A stretch of DNA of 64,000 bases from Bugula neritina (Eukaryota > Animalia > Bryozoa). The stretch spans positions 11,490,463-11,554,462 of the forward strand of contig OZ037770.1 of the NCBI GenBank assembly GCA_964035545.1, read 5' to 3'. The notes beneath the pieces were generated by a model that worked only from the letters and a program-made list of their open reading frames with translations, searched no databases and had not been told where the DNA came from. Shown in pieces: positions 45,321 through 59,926 of the stretch. Each line of letters begins with the position of its first letter. The stretch's first letter is position 1. Position numbers and translations under genes: made by a program.

Positions 45321-46208
45321 CACGCTTGGTCTTGCTGTCACACTCACTGCCACAGTGTTTTGATAATGACAATCACAATGATTATGATAACATTTCTCAT
45401 CATCAGCAACTGCAAGATACTTGTGAATTAGTTACTATTTGTCAGTCTCGTGATCATCTTCATCTTGAGTTTGTACTTTACGTTCTCATGATGATGATGC
45501 TGGTAATCATAGTCATAATCATAATGATGTTGAAGTTTAATTTATCAAATGATACAAATTAAAGTATTAGTAAAGCATATGTTTTGTAATTTTATAAAAC
45601 TGCTCAACAGAACTTATTAAATTTACAGGGCCTCTGCTGTAGACCGTAGAGGTGGATGTAGTAACAGAAACATTAGAAACCACATATATTTATAACTATT
45701 TACAATACAATAATTCCAATTTCTCCGCATTCTATTAAATGTCAATAAAATGCATCATTTTTTGGAATATTGAGTGAATTGCAAGGAAAACCTAATTCAA
45801 GAACCTTCATAATTTTTTTGGCTACAAGTCCCAATTCTTAGAATAATTATTAAGAAAATTCCTCTTGTTACTAATTGATTTATTATGTAATAGCTCTGGA
45901 CTATTGTCTGCAGATACTGCAGTACACAAGTGTGTATTTACATCATGGTATTTCAATATATAGTTTATTATACAGCAAGGGTTCATTATTGAAAAGATCG
46001 TTTTTAAGTTTTAGAGAGTGCTTAAAATACATTATATCAGCACTGCAGTTTTATAGTTGAGTCACATTCTACAATCTTTAAAGATATTAAGTAGTGAGTC
46101 AGAAGAGACAAACATAGACTACTAAATTCTCTCATTACAGTGAACTACATGGGATCTGAATACACTGTATAATATGTTCTCCTGGTTTATAATATAGAGT
46201 TGAGTGAA

Positions 46209-49200
46209 ATGGCTGCAGCAGAAGAAGTTGAGTGTGGATTCTGTTTACTAAAAGAAGGTTTAGAGAATCCCAAGTGTCTACCATGTGGTCATGTACACTG
46301 TTTACTATGTCTTACTCGTAATGTTGATGTGAATGACATGATCAGGTGTCCATGGTGTAGGTAAGTTAGTTTTGTATAGGCGGAGCTGAGACATATTGTT
46401 GGTAGAAAAATAGTGATTGACATCATGTGTTTTAGCTTATACTGAATTTTTACATTACGTTATATATATTTTTAATTACTACTGAATAATTATGTGTCTT
46501 GTCACAGGGAAGTGTTTGATGAGAGAGTGGAAAGTCTTCTATCTGCTGATGTAGAGGACAACTCCGTATCATGTGACGTCTGCACTAAAAAGGGACTGAA
46601 AAAAGTACCAGCCATCATATACTGTACTGTGTGCCGTAAACTCTTCTGCAGAAAACATGATGAGGTGATACTTTCATTAAATATCTCTTCAGTTGATGTT
46701 CAACACTGCATACTCTAACTCAGCCTCTGATTATATATTGTTATACTTAAATGTTGGTTTATAAGAAAGCACTGAGAGATCATGTTTCACTTTTATCTGT
46801 TTTATCTGCTTTCATGTAAACTATACATTTATTTTAAGACTTTGTGTTAGTGGGAACCTTTATGTTCCTATAAATATTTGTAAATTTTTATATCATGTAT
46901 TTGTAAGTTTCATTTCTAATCCACAATATGGATAGTTGAGTTATATTTCTCAGTAAAGATGTATTCTGTTATATTCAGTCACATGATGACACCAATGATG
47001 ACCACCAGAAGATAACCATCTCGGACTACAGAATACAAGCCAAGAGACTAGAGAAAAGAGTTTGTCCCAAACACACAGCATATCCCTACATACAAGGATG
47101 TAAAGTTTGTGTACAGCTGTTCTGTGCGCAATGCACATCTTGCACTAACTTTTGTGTTGGAGGTAAGAAAGTTCTGCTGAAAATTATTTACTAATTATTG
47201 ATAAATCTGATAGGTTGCATAACTACCTCAGTAACTCTTGTAAGATAGCTGCCCTCACCATGAATTGACCTGCAAACCTCTATCATGCAACTTCCACTAT
47301 ATGGGCTACTGGGTAATCACAGCACTACAAATTTGAAGCTAGCATAGATAAAGAGTTTATTTTGAGTAGAAACTCTGTTCAAAAGTATAGTCCATTATTC
47401 ATTGAGAAATTTTAAAATAGGCAAATAATTCTTAAAATATAAAAAATTAATTGAACGTTTAAAATTGAAAAAGAGGTCAGAAGTCAGTGAATTGAAGTGC
47501 CTCTCACTCGCACAGCGTGTCCAAAGTTTTATATTTTGTTTTTCAATGGCCACGCTGGAGTTTAGTTTTTCATTGTCATTTTAATTTTAGACTCACCCCA
47601 TCACATGGTTAATCTAGATGATTTAATCAAAGAGCTTATAAATATAGATGATCTTCTCACCACTGAAGACAAGATGTCTGCTTTCTTCAAACACCTTTCT
47701 AAAACTGTGTCAGACTTTGATAATGAGACGGAGGAATTGCTGAATATTCTTCATACACAGCGTGATGAACAGGTTCTGTGTTTATAGAAAATACTTTGTG
47801 TTGCTCTGTAATCTACATTCTGTAGTCAGGTGTTAGTAAAACATTGCAATACTAATACTTACGAGTAACAGCTAGGTGACTAGCTACTATGCTGTGTGAA
47901 TTAAATCACTGTATTTTGTTTAAAAAGTTGCAACTTTTGTAATCAATTCTGAAAAACTTTCTCGAATATGTTGTCCACTTTCTGCAATGTGCTGGTACAA
48001 TGTATGATGTAGTTGACTGAAGTGAGACTAAAGTATGAGAAACTGGAGAAGGAATTCTTAGCTAGTAGAAAGAAGACTAAAGAGGAACTGAACAGATACA
48101 TGGAGAGAGAAGTTGAAACTGTTTTGTCTCAACTGAGTAACAGTAGAATGAAGGTAGAAGCTCAACTTAGACAAAACCATCAGGTGAGCAGTGTTCACTA
48201 TATGTTAGCATAAGAAATTTAGGCTATGTCTTTTGTGTGAATCTTTAATAATGCACTAGCATGCTGTATAGGCATGAAATGCGTTGAAAATTAAAGGAAA
48301 TAATGTAAGACTCACGTTGACCATCTCCATGCCTAATTATTTATATTCGTTTTAGCTCTATAGTTGTGTGCTTACAAACTTCAATGTCTTCCAATATGGT
48401 GGGTAAAAGAATTGTTTTAAAGTTGTATTGTTCTAAATTTGTAAAATTCACAACTTTTACCAAAGTCTATATGTTCCTAAATAGTAGGTATACTAACTAT
48501 AGTTGATCTAAATAGTTGATTTGGTGCAATATGCTTGTACCAGGCACACCAAGCTTTTTACCCATTTGTTACTTTATTGGAACTGTCGCACAAAAGATTA
48601 GGAAGTTCTCACTAAAAAGACTATCCTTTTAGCCCCACTGACCAATGCTATGCTTGTTCACTGCAGGTGGATCTGGTTGAAGGATTTGCAGAGATTAAAG
48701 AGAGAATACAGAGACTGATATCTGTTGAGATACCTGAACTAGAGTTGTGTGATGTCATGTCTCTAAAGGTCAAAGGTTAGTATACTAAACTAGAGCTGTG
48801 TGATGTCATGTCTCTAAAGGTCAAAGGTTAGTATACTAAACTAGAGCTGTGTGATGTCATGTCTCTAAAGGTCAAAGGTTAGCAAACTAGACTGTAGAAT
48901 TCTTGTACTAGTGCACCTTTATTAAGATATTTGAAATAATCATGTATCTGCATTGCATCTGGTAAGTGCTTTTCATGTGTGTGCAACTACTGGTTAGAAA
49001 ATTTGAGTATCAGTTGAAATAGCCCTGTGTGTATAAGTCAGAGTTTCTATTAATAGAATTTATACACATACTCACTTTTATATGACATACATATTTTATA
49101 CATACTCACTTATATATAAGTATACACACATACACACATATTCACATGTATATTGTAGAAGAGAAGAGAGAAATAGAAATAGACTTGGTTCCTGCAGCAG

Positions 49201-50120
49201 ACATGATTATTAGTTTAGATCCTCCTAAATCTATCAAACTCTTACAGTCTGTTGATGTTTCTAGTTACTGTTATTCTGTCTGTAAATATGAGAGTAACAC
49301 TTATGTAGGGCTGAGTGGTGGAGGAATAGACAGAATAGATGAGAGTTTCAGTGTTTCCAAGTCTTTTATTTCTTTTACTAAGTGGGTAAATGGAGTCACA
49401 GTACATAGAAATAAGCTGTATGCTCTACATTGTATCAGCAGCAGTAATTGGGAGGTACATGTGTATGATCTTACTGGGAAACAGGTGACCAGCTGGTTTC
49501 ACCATGATAGTAATCGGTATGTAAACAAACTTGCTATTGTTGATGATCAGGTTGTAGTTCCTGATAGGCACAGTAAGAGGCTTACAATCTACTCTCTTAC
49601 TGGGGAGGTAATTAAACATGTCTCCTGCCCTCTACTCAGTAATAGTAATACAGCAATATGTGCAGCAGACAGACATTGTGTAGTAGTTTCTAACACTGGT
49701 TCCTCTCAAGTATTTAAATTAGACTTGACAACAGAGAAACTCATCTGGACATGCAAGGATGTATCTCAACCACAAGGTGTGACCTGCTATAGAAGTAAAT
49801 ATATTCTTGTGACTAACCGCAGCAGTAAAACCACCATCTGGATACTGGATGTGGAAACAGGTTAGTATTACATTAATTAGTTAACTACTGTGACCAATAT
49901 ATTAGTATTTCTCACAGTCTCACACTATAAAATATATTATGCTAAGCACTAGTGATGACACACTAATACATCATTTCCTGTTACAGGTACACTACTGTCC
50001 AAAGTAGAAGATCCAACTGGTAGAGCTGGGAGTAGTGTGTGTGATCTCCATGTGTATAAAGACACTCTGATTGTACCTCGATTCATGGAGAAGAAAGTTC
50101 TGTTTTACCAGTTGAACTAA
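46209..50120 (+). CDS. TRIM copy C6 (about 596 aa), intact
   Basis: Exons 46209-46360, 46508-46664, 46979-47162, 47591-47772, 48013-48183, 48667-48775, 49159-49860, 49987-50120; total 1791 nt, in frame. Confidence 0.9.
48735..48885 (+). repeat. 51-bp exon-6 donor repeat (3 donors) in C6
   Basis: Donors at 48776, 48827 and 48878. Confidence 0.9.
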
Positions 50121-51722
50121 ACAGGTATTTGACAGGATATTATTCCATCTTATGGTACATTTATTATATTGTTTATCACACTAGACTCTGTTTGAATACA
50201 TTTGGTGCTCAACTCTGTGTTTTCTACTAATGTACATATTTGTGATGATATGTCTGAGATGTACAACTTCTACATATACACTGTGCCTGTTATTTCTAGA
50301 CGATTCTCAGAGTTGACTCTGTAGAATGAGTTCTTCAACACGGAGCTATGATAGAGTGTGGGAAGCTGTATGACGTCCCAGTAACTCACTTATACACCTA
50401 AACATAACTAATTTCAAGTAATAATTTATTTTCACTTTATTTTTCACGTGTATCAATCCTATTCTATGCAGCCTGCGTAATTTCAGGGTATTAAGTAGAC
50501 TAACGTTTTATATCTTTAACCTGATTTGTATTAATAGTCATATAGAGATCAATGTGACCAATATGGTAGCGCTAAGTCTACATTTAATAAAAACTGAAAT
50601 ATTGTTATATCACATTGTTTACCACTTGCTATCAAATACTAACCACTACTGCTACATTCATTTTACTTTATAGTTTATATATGCTAGTTTTCATTCACTG
50701 TATTTTTATGGCAAGTTATTATTTTATATAATGTATTATATAACCTATTTGATATTGTGTGATCATCTCATCATTTGATTGGCTGTCATGGAATATAATA
50801 GTCAAAGTGATTAATTATTCCAGTATATTCTATAAACAGTGAATAAATTAAAGTGATTAGAGTTACTAATGGCAACATATTTTACTATCAACACATCAGC
50901 ATGTCTCATTCCAGTAAAATAGTTTACAGCATTTCTACTCTGTATAGAGTATAACATTAGCAATGCTGTAGTTACTTGTAGATGCAGAGTTGTAGATTCT
51001 TACTTGAGTTAGAACTTGGGTTATTAGAGAAGTTGGCCTACCTTGACATCTTGCTATCAGCAAATATACCATGTGGACCACCTTTTATTCTTGTTCAGTA
51101 AAATGTTTATAATGTATAGAAAGAAAATTACTATTAAAATATTGGTACAGCATGTAGGTTCTTGCTCATGTTGGGTTATTGGGTAAGCAAGGTACTTTTA
51201 CTTCTCGCTATTAAAAAACTTGTCATGAATTGATCATTGCTTTAAAATAGGATGGCTAAGAGTTATGTAATACACCACTTTTACACATGCCCAGCCAGTT
51301 TCAAGTTACCTGCATAAGTTACCTGTATAAGTTACCTTCATAAGTTACCTGTATAAGTTACTGGTATAAATTCTAACCATACTTACAGGTTTCTCCTGCA
51401 TCATGCTAGTGAATTTATATGTTTTACAACTGCATAAATGTTTTATATAAGCTTAGTGCAAAAGTGCTAAATAAATGAGCAATGGCTCTACATATAGTTA
51501 TTTTAGACTAGAAGATGATCACTATAATATTGAACTGAAAATTGAGTTTTGAGAACTTGTTTTGAGTTGTGGGCAAAGGCTGACTTCATAGCATAACATG
51601 TACGAAACTACTTCTATTTGTGACAGTTTGGTGCATAAAACGCAGCTGTTTATGCTTGTATTGTTGTAAGGGTTGATTTACATAACACAAATTATAGTTT
51701 TATTTGGAGCTTTTCGTCGCTT

Positions 51723-51880
51723 GGTCACGTGACCGTGTAACCATAGAGACTTGTCATCGTGATGTGCAGCTAGAATCATCCCCGAGCAATTATCAATTTT
51801 AACTTCAGTAATATTTGTACGAAAACAAGAGGGGGTAACCCTTAGGACAGAAAATTCAGCTAGTTTGACGTCATTTCCGA
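51723..51880 (+). promoter_or_regulatory. Type-A motif cluster upstream of C7 (E-box 51723-51734, CRE 51866-51873)
   Basis: Same motifs as 5054-5210. Confidence 0.45.
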
Positions 51881-52729
51881 AAGAGGCGTTTTACTGTTCC
51901 GGGCAAAGTTCTACTTTGAGTTTGACTGCAAATCGCGAAAGGAAGCTGTCCTTGGAGTCAAGCTTTTGCCCGAAGAACAAGGTATCAGTTGAAGATTCTG
52001 TCTGTTACAAGGCTCCATTGTGTGAGATTGGGAACTTGAGCAAAACGTGGGTTAGTTTGATTTGCATTAATATAGTTTTACTACGTGCTACCATAAGTGA
52101 GAGGGTGTCATTCAGTTTCAGTTTGATAAAAGAATACTTCTGAATATCTTTAAATACCTTTGAGTTTGAAAACATAGAACATTTGGGAACACTCTAGGTT
52201 ATGGAAGTGTCTCATTTTTTTACTGCGTGGAGGGGTGTTAGGTGATACTTATGTTGATTTTTATTTTATATGCTCTATCTGGTGTATCTTATGGTTTCTT
52301 GAAAAACTGACGGCCAAGGTGCACTTCTGAGTTTGTGTATTTAGATTTTAGTTAACCGCAAGCAGCAGACCTAGTGTTTATTGACATGTTTTGGTGATCT
52401 CCTGTAATCTCACCATATGCTATATGCCAAATTTGAGTGTTGTTGTTCTTTGTGTAAAATGAGCATAAGAAGATTGAGTCGATGAGTCTTTTGTCTCTGT
52501 TTGAGAGACTGAAGGCCAAGCTGAGAGCATGCCTCGGTGACACTTTCTCGTCCCTTTAATCCAGCAATATATTTATTTTTAACCACCCTGTGCTGTAGCA
52601 TTTCTAGAGACTCAATGTCAGAAGAAGCACAAATATAAACTTCTAAATTCTCTCATTACAATGAGCTACATGGGATCTGAATACCCTTTATAATATGTTC
52701 TCCTGTTTTATAATATAGAGTTGAGTGAA

Positions 52730-55700
52730 ATGGCTGCAGCAAAAGAAGTTGAGTGTGGATTCTGTTTACTAAAAGAAGGTTTAGAGAATCCCAAATGTCT
52801 ACCATGTGGTCATGTACACTGTTTACTGTGTCTTACTCGTAATGTTGATGTGAATGACATGATCAGGTGTCCCTGGTGTCGGTAAGTTAGTTTTATATAG
52901 GCAGAGCTGAGACATACTGTTGGTAAAGAGTTAATTATTTACATCAGCTGTTTTACCTTATACTAAACTAAACTTTTATATTTTTCTGTTATAATATAGT
53001 TTCAATAGTTATGTGTCTTGTCATAGAGAAGTGTTTGATGAGAGAGTGGAAAGTCTTCCATCCGCTGATGTAGCAGACAACTCCGTATCATGTGACGTCT
53101 GCACTAAAAAGGGACTGAAGAAAGTACCAGCAGTTATATACTGTACTGTGTGCCGTAAACTCTTCTGCAGAAAACATGATGAGGTGATACTTTCATTAAA
53201 TACTTCTTCAGTTGATGTTCAACACTGCATACTCTAACTCAGTCTCTGATTACATATTGTATACTTGAATGTTGATTTATAAGAAAGCACTGAGAGATCA
53301 TGTTTCACTTTTATCTGTTTTATCTGCTCTTATGTAAACTATACATTTATTTTTAGACTTTGTGTTAGTGGGAATTTTTATGTTCCTATAAATATTTGTA
53401 AATGTTTATAATATCATGTATTTGTAAGTTTCATTTCTAATCCACAATATGAATAGTTGAGTTATATTTCTCAGTAAATGCATATTCTGTTATATTTAGT
53501 CACATGATGAAACTGGAGATGACCACCAGAAGATGACCATATCTGACTACAGAATACAAGCCAAGAGACTGGAGAAAAGAATTTGTCCCAAACACACAGC
53601 ATATCCCTACATACAAGGATGTAGAGTCTGTGTTCAGTTATTCTGTATGCAGTGCACATCTCAGACTAACTTTTGTGTTGGAGGTAAAAGAATCTACTGA
53701 ATGTTATTTGCTAAACATTGGGAAATTTGACAAACTATATTACTATCTCAGTAACTCTTGTAATAAAGCTGCCTCCTCCAGGAACCAAACTTCAGTCCTC
53801 CAACTAGCAAGCTAACGCGCTACTCATTACACTATGAGGGCTACTAGGGTATCACAACACTAGAAATCTGAAGCTAGTATAGAGAGATGGTTTACTAACT
53901 TTACTTATAGTAGAATTTTCTTACCCAAGTCTACCTCGTTATTTATAATCTAGAGTTTCAGCAGTAGGCAAATCATTCTTAAATTTTAAAATGTAGTCGA
54001 TTGAACATTTAAGATAAAAATTAGAAATAATGAATGTAGGGCAATAGTAAGGCATTCATGATGATATATAATAATAATTATTTATGTAGCTATTATTATG
54101 TCTATTAGTATAGATAGAAATTTCCAATTTTGTCAAGTCTGCACAATTAATGCAAAAGTTGTACAAATAGTGGTTATGAGTGCTGTATTCCGTCAAATCT
54201 GAGTGAATTTTTGTAAATTCAAATGTCACTCACTTATACAGCCTGTCTAAGCTTTGTCACGATTTTGCCACGGTGAAGTTTAGTTTTTATTTTCATTTTA
54301 GACTCACCACACCACATGGTTAATCTAGATGACTTAATCAAAGAGCTTATCAATATAGATGATCTTCTCACCACTGAAGACAAGATGTCTGCTTTCTTCA
54401 AACACCTTTCTAAAACTGTGTCAGACTTTGATAATGAGACGGAGGAATTGCTGAATATTCTTCATACACAGCGTGATGAACAGGTTCTGTGTTTATAGAA
54501 AATACTTTGTGTTACTCTGTAATCTACATTCTGTATTCAGGTGTTAGTAAAGCATTGTAATACTAATATTTAAGAGTAACAGTTAGGTGACTAGCTACTA
54601 TTCTGAGTAAATTAAAACTCTATACTTGGTTAAAATATGTGATTTTTACAACTCAATTTTTTATGGAATGTTTTCTCTAATGTGTTGTTCATTTTTTACA
54701 ATGTGATGATACAATGTATGATGTAGTTGAGTGAAGTGAGACTAAAGTATGAGAAACTGGAGAAGGAATTCTTAGCTAGTAGAAAGAAGACTAAAGAGGA
54801 ACTGAACAGATACATGGAGAGAGAAGTTGAAACTGTTTTGTCTCAACTGAGTAACAATAGAATGAAGATAGAAGCTCAACTTAGACAAAACCATCCGGTT
54901 AGCAGTGTTCACCATCTGTTAATGAAATATGTATATAATCTTGTTTTCTTTCTCCCAATCTCTAATCATTTACTATCTTCACACCAGCCTTGATCATTTA
55001 TTTCTTTTACAGCGTCATGGTTTTGTGCAAAAGTGTAAACAATCTGCAAGCTATGACCTCATAGCTGTATAGTTATAACATCATGATTATACAATTTTGT
55101 CAGCCCAAGTAAAGTTGTAGAGCTTAAGACTTGGCTTAAAGCAAGATCTAAATTTGTGAATGTCACAATTTCCACCTCCAAATTTCACCTTACAACTACA
55201 CTTTAAAATAGAATATTATGCATAGTTTATATTAGTATCTGTTTGTTACCACATTTGTGTTCTGTGTGTACCATATGTATTGTAATTGCGTAACGTTATG
55301 TAAACATACACAGCGCTGAGGTCTCTAATTAAGTGAAGTTATCTCCACATAACTCTGTATGCTGTTTGTTATATACTGTAGGTGGATCTGGTTGAAGGAT
55401 TTGCAGAGATTAAAGAGAGAATACAAAGACTGATATCTGTTGAGATACCTAAACTAGAGCTGTGTGATGTCATGTCTCTAAAGGTCAAAGGTTAGTATAC
55501 TAAACTAGAGCTGTGTGATGTGATGTTTCTAGAGGTCAAAGGTTAGTATACTGAACTAGAGCTATGTGATGTCATGCCTCTGCAGGTCAAAGGTAAGTAT
55601 ACTCAACTAGAGCTGTGTGATGTCATGCCTCTAAAGATCAAAGTTTAATATACTAGACTGTAAAATTCTTGTACTAGTGCACTTTTGTTAAAATATTTAA

Positions 55701-56853
55701 AATAATCATGTATCTGCATCGAATCTGATAAGTGCTCTTCATGTGTGTGAAACTGCTGGTTAGAAAATTTGAATATCTGTTGAAATAGCCCTGTGTGTAG
55801 GTTTACTCAGAGTTTCTATTAATAGAATTTATTCACATACTTACTTTTATATGACATACATATTATATATACAGAATCACCTATATATAAGTATACACAC
55901 ACACACATATTCACATGTATATTGTAGAAGAGAAGAGAGACATGGAAGTAGACTTGCTTCCTGCAGCAGACATGATTACTAGTTTAGATCTTCCTAAATC
56001 TCTCAAACTCTTACAGTCTGTTGATGTTTCTAGTTACTGTAGTTCTGTCTGTAAATATGAGGGCAACACTTATGAGAGTTTCAGTGTTTTCAAGTCTTTT
56101 ATTTCTCTTACCAACTCTGTAGCTGGAGTCACAGTACATAGGAACAAGATGTATGCTCTACAGTATATCAGCAGCACTAATTGGGAGGTACATGTGTATG
56201 ATCTTACTGGGAAACAGGTGACCAGGTGGTCTCACCATGATAGTAGTTACGGTGTAAACAAACTTGTTATTGTTAATGATCAGGTTGTAGTTCCTGATAG
56301 ACACAGTAAAAGACTTACAATCTACTCTCTTACTGGGGAGGTAATTAAACATGTCTCTTGCCCTCTACTCAGTAATAGTAATACAGCAATATGTGCAGCA
56401 GACAGACATTGTGTAGTAGTTTCTGACTGGGATTCCTCTCAAGTATTTAAATTAGACTTGACAACAGGGAAAGTCATCTGGACATACAAGGATGTATCTG
56501 AACCACATGGTGTGACCTGCTATAGAAGTAAATATATTCTTGTGACTAACTGCAGCAGTAAAACAACCATCTGGATACTAGATGTGGAGACAGGTTAGTT
56601 TTACATTGGTTAGTTAACTACTGTTACCTAGATATTAGTATTTCTCACAGTCTCACACTATAAAATATACTATGCTAAGTACTAATGATGATACACTAAT
56701 ACATCATTTCCTGTTACAGGTACACAACTGTCCAAAGTAGAAGATCCAACTGATAGAGCTTGGAGTAGTGTGGATGATCTTCATGTGTATAAAGACACTC
56801 TGATTGTCCCCAGACGTAAAGAGAAGAAAGTTCTGTTTTACCAGCTAAACTAA
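52730..56853 (+). CDS. TRIM copy C7 (about 584 aa), in-frame deletion in the first propeller blade
   Basis: Exons 52730-52881, 53027-53183, 53500-53683, 54302-54483, 54727-54897, 55382-55490, 55928-56593, 56720-56853; total 1755 nt, in frame. Confidence 0.85.
55449..55650 (+). repeat. 51-bp exon-6 donor repeat (3 donors plus 1 decayed) in C7
   Basis: Donors at 55491, 55542 and 55593 (GTAAGT); decayed unit near 55644. Confidence 0.88.
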
Positions 56854-59800
56854 ACAGGTGTGTGACAGGATATTCCATTTTGTGATACATTTATTATATT
56901 GTTTATCTCATTAGACTCTGTTTGAATACATCTGGTGCTCAACTCTGTGTTTTCTACTAATGTACATATTTGTGACGATATGTCTGAGATGTACAACTTC
57001 TACATATACTCTGTGTCTGTTATTTCTAGATGATTCTCAAAGTTGACTCTGTAGACTGAGTTCTTCAACACAGAGCAATGATGGAGTGTGGGAGGCTGTA
57101 TGACGTCCCAATAACTAACTTATACAGCTATACATTGTGCGGAGGGCTGTATGACGTCCCAGTAACTAACTCACACACCTAAAAATAACTACTTTCAAGA
57201 AATAATTTATCATCACTTTTACCAGGCCTATTCCACACAACCTGCATGACTTCACGGTGTTAACTAGCCTGTAACTTTATTTATCTAACATGATTTGCAT
57301 TGAATGGTCATGTAGAGATCAATGTATTTATAATGGTTAATCTATGCCTGCATTTCCTACAGACTGAAATACTATTATATCACAATGCTTATTGTTTACT
57401 ATCAAATACTAACCACTACTACTGCAATAATTTTGCTGTTATAAAGTTGTGTATTTTGACTAATGGCCATAATACATGATTTATTACTTGATTTTTGTCT
57501 ACACAAGAATTAACTCCATGTTGCTAATTAGATTGTATGTTTGAATTTGATTTTTATTTTCTTTAAATATTCTGTGAAATAAATTGCCTTTTTTTGTAGG
57601 CTATAAATGTTCTTGATTGGACCTCTGAATGCAACCTCACAGAGTTATGTGATAGTTGACTGTATGGTTGTTTTACAGGAAGTTTTGAAACATTACATGC
57701 CATGGCATCCTTGTTTGGAAATCGATTTAGGCAGCAAAAAGTTTGGGGTCACTGAGTGCATTTGCCAAAGATCCCCCCCCCCCCCCCCCCGAGTTTGAGT
57801 ATGGACCATCGAATGATATTGTTCACTGAACAATGAACTCAGTGACCTTGAGGTTTGTGCTGCCCTTAACCATAATTTTTTAATTCCACCCATAGTGCAT
57901 AGTTTACTACATAGTTATGACCTATACTAGAGGTGTCCAAATTCAGGCACCAAAGCTACACATGATGCCCAACCTTTAAACCATGATAATATAAAAGTGT
58001 CCAATTTCAATCACAATAGGTCTGTGTGGACCAACTAATATCTGTTTGTAAACCAAACGGTGAAGTCTAGAAGCAGTAAAGGTTAGGATAGAATTACTTC
58101 ATGTTTAAACCTGGTTACCAATAGCAACAATATTACATGAATACCAGTCAGATATTGTAAGGGTACATTAAACCCGTATAAGTGTAGTTGTAAAGTAATT
58201 ACTAATGTGGCAGTAGCAGATAGTATTGGACAGTCTCTGATATGTTAGTAACATCTTTGAGTTGTTACACCTGACTTCTCCATATGGTGATGGTAAGATT
58301 CTTTAACCTCAGGTCTAGTCTACTGACAATTTGTATGACTTTCAGTTTGAGTGACAGTTTGAGTTCCTTGTGTGGCAACATAACCATCATAATCATTTGA
58401 TTGGCTGTTTTAGAATAACAGTCAAAGTGATTAATTGTTCCAATATATTCTATAAACAGTGAATTAATTAAAGTGGTTACAGCTACTATTAGCAAAATAT
58501 TTTACTATAAATAAATCACCATGTCGTATTCCTGCAATAAAATTTACAGAATTTATATTCTGTGTAAAGTATAATATAAACAATGTAGCAGCCTGTTATA
58601 TAGAGATGCTTGGACATTCTTGCTGAGGTTATGTTCAAGTTTATTGGTTCAGCACTTCGGTTCGTAAGAAAGTTGTTTTATTACATTCCCAGACAGTATT
58701 TCACATTCTGTAGAGTTTGAAGTAACTACACAGTGTAACTGTTACCAAGTATTCACAACTGTTTTCTGTAAATAGAATAATCACGTTATGATAATAAGTC
58801 ATGCTGGTATATTACAAAATACAACTAACAGGACTAATTTTATAATGATGCTGGATATAAATAACTCAGACATACTCTGTGGGGGAGACAACACCCTGTA
58901 TTATGAACTCATGGTCTTTCTGACAGTACATCTTAGTGCTGTTGTACTTTCTGCTATATTGACATCTGTTTCATTTGTATCTCAAACAGTTGGACTTTAT
59001 TTTGAATGCAGAAAGTTATATATAACAATAAAGCTTAATGATGCATTAACTTATTCATGTACATCTTCTTTTATACATGCATTTGAAAGATAAAGATAAA
59101 GGGCATGTTAACATACACATTATATATAATACTACATCTAAATTAGTTTGAACACAAGTTTATAGCTTACATGCATATAACATAGTGAATGACTAAATTC
59201 CACACCCATTTCCATATATCCATCCATATTCTAATTAATATTATTCTTCTCAATAATTGTGGAGTAATTAATCTACAGAATACTTCAAAGTTTAAAACCC
59301 AGTTCACACTTATAAACAGAAGAGTCACTATTCAAGAAATAGTTGTAGTCTGTATTGGTTAGTAAGGTTATAGCTGCTCCACTGCTAGTACAAACAGAAA
59401 CTGCTCCACTGCTAGTACAAACAGAAGCTGCACTCAAACCCAAAGTTGCCTATTACATGGTGAGAATTTTCTTTGTTTCAAAGATTGTCACAGGGATATC
59501 TACTGTAAAGCATAAAAGTGAAATTCATAAAATGATTGGCAAACTACAATGGCATATGAAGCTTTCGCACCACATTATAATATACAGTGCTCCCTCTGTA
59601 TCTCACTAAGCGACAGGTGTAAAACCTCAACTCCTGTCATATTAGAATGCCAGATTCAACTTCAGGATCAGTTGAAATTGGTGATTAGGTTCCTATACAC
59701 ACATACATCAGCCACAAAACAGGGGTCAAGCTGTTCTCGTGACCTATAGAAGTTCGTGAGAAAAGGGTCCTTGAGATCCACTGTATCAAATACTATCTAT

Positions 59801-59900
59801 TGGGCACAGGTTTTGTTTGGAAAGATAACTCTGAAGGAGGAACCGATACGTTAATGATGCTGCAACGCTCATCAATAATGTTATTACTGCGTGCGTTAGT

Positions 59901-59926
59901 GGGGAATTCCCCCAGTCCAGGGTAAG
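59901..59926 (+). promoter_or_regulatory. NF-kB/Rel site GGGGAATTCCCC plus donor-like CAGG/GTAAG upstream of C8
   Basis: Perfect 12-bp kB palindrome at 59901-59912. Confidence 0.55.

Noticed and set aside
57773-57791. Poly-C tract
   Set aside because: Local slippage expansion absent from the paralogous spacers; no supporting context.
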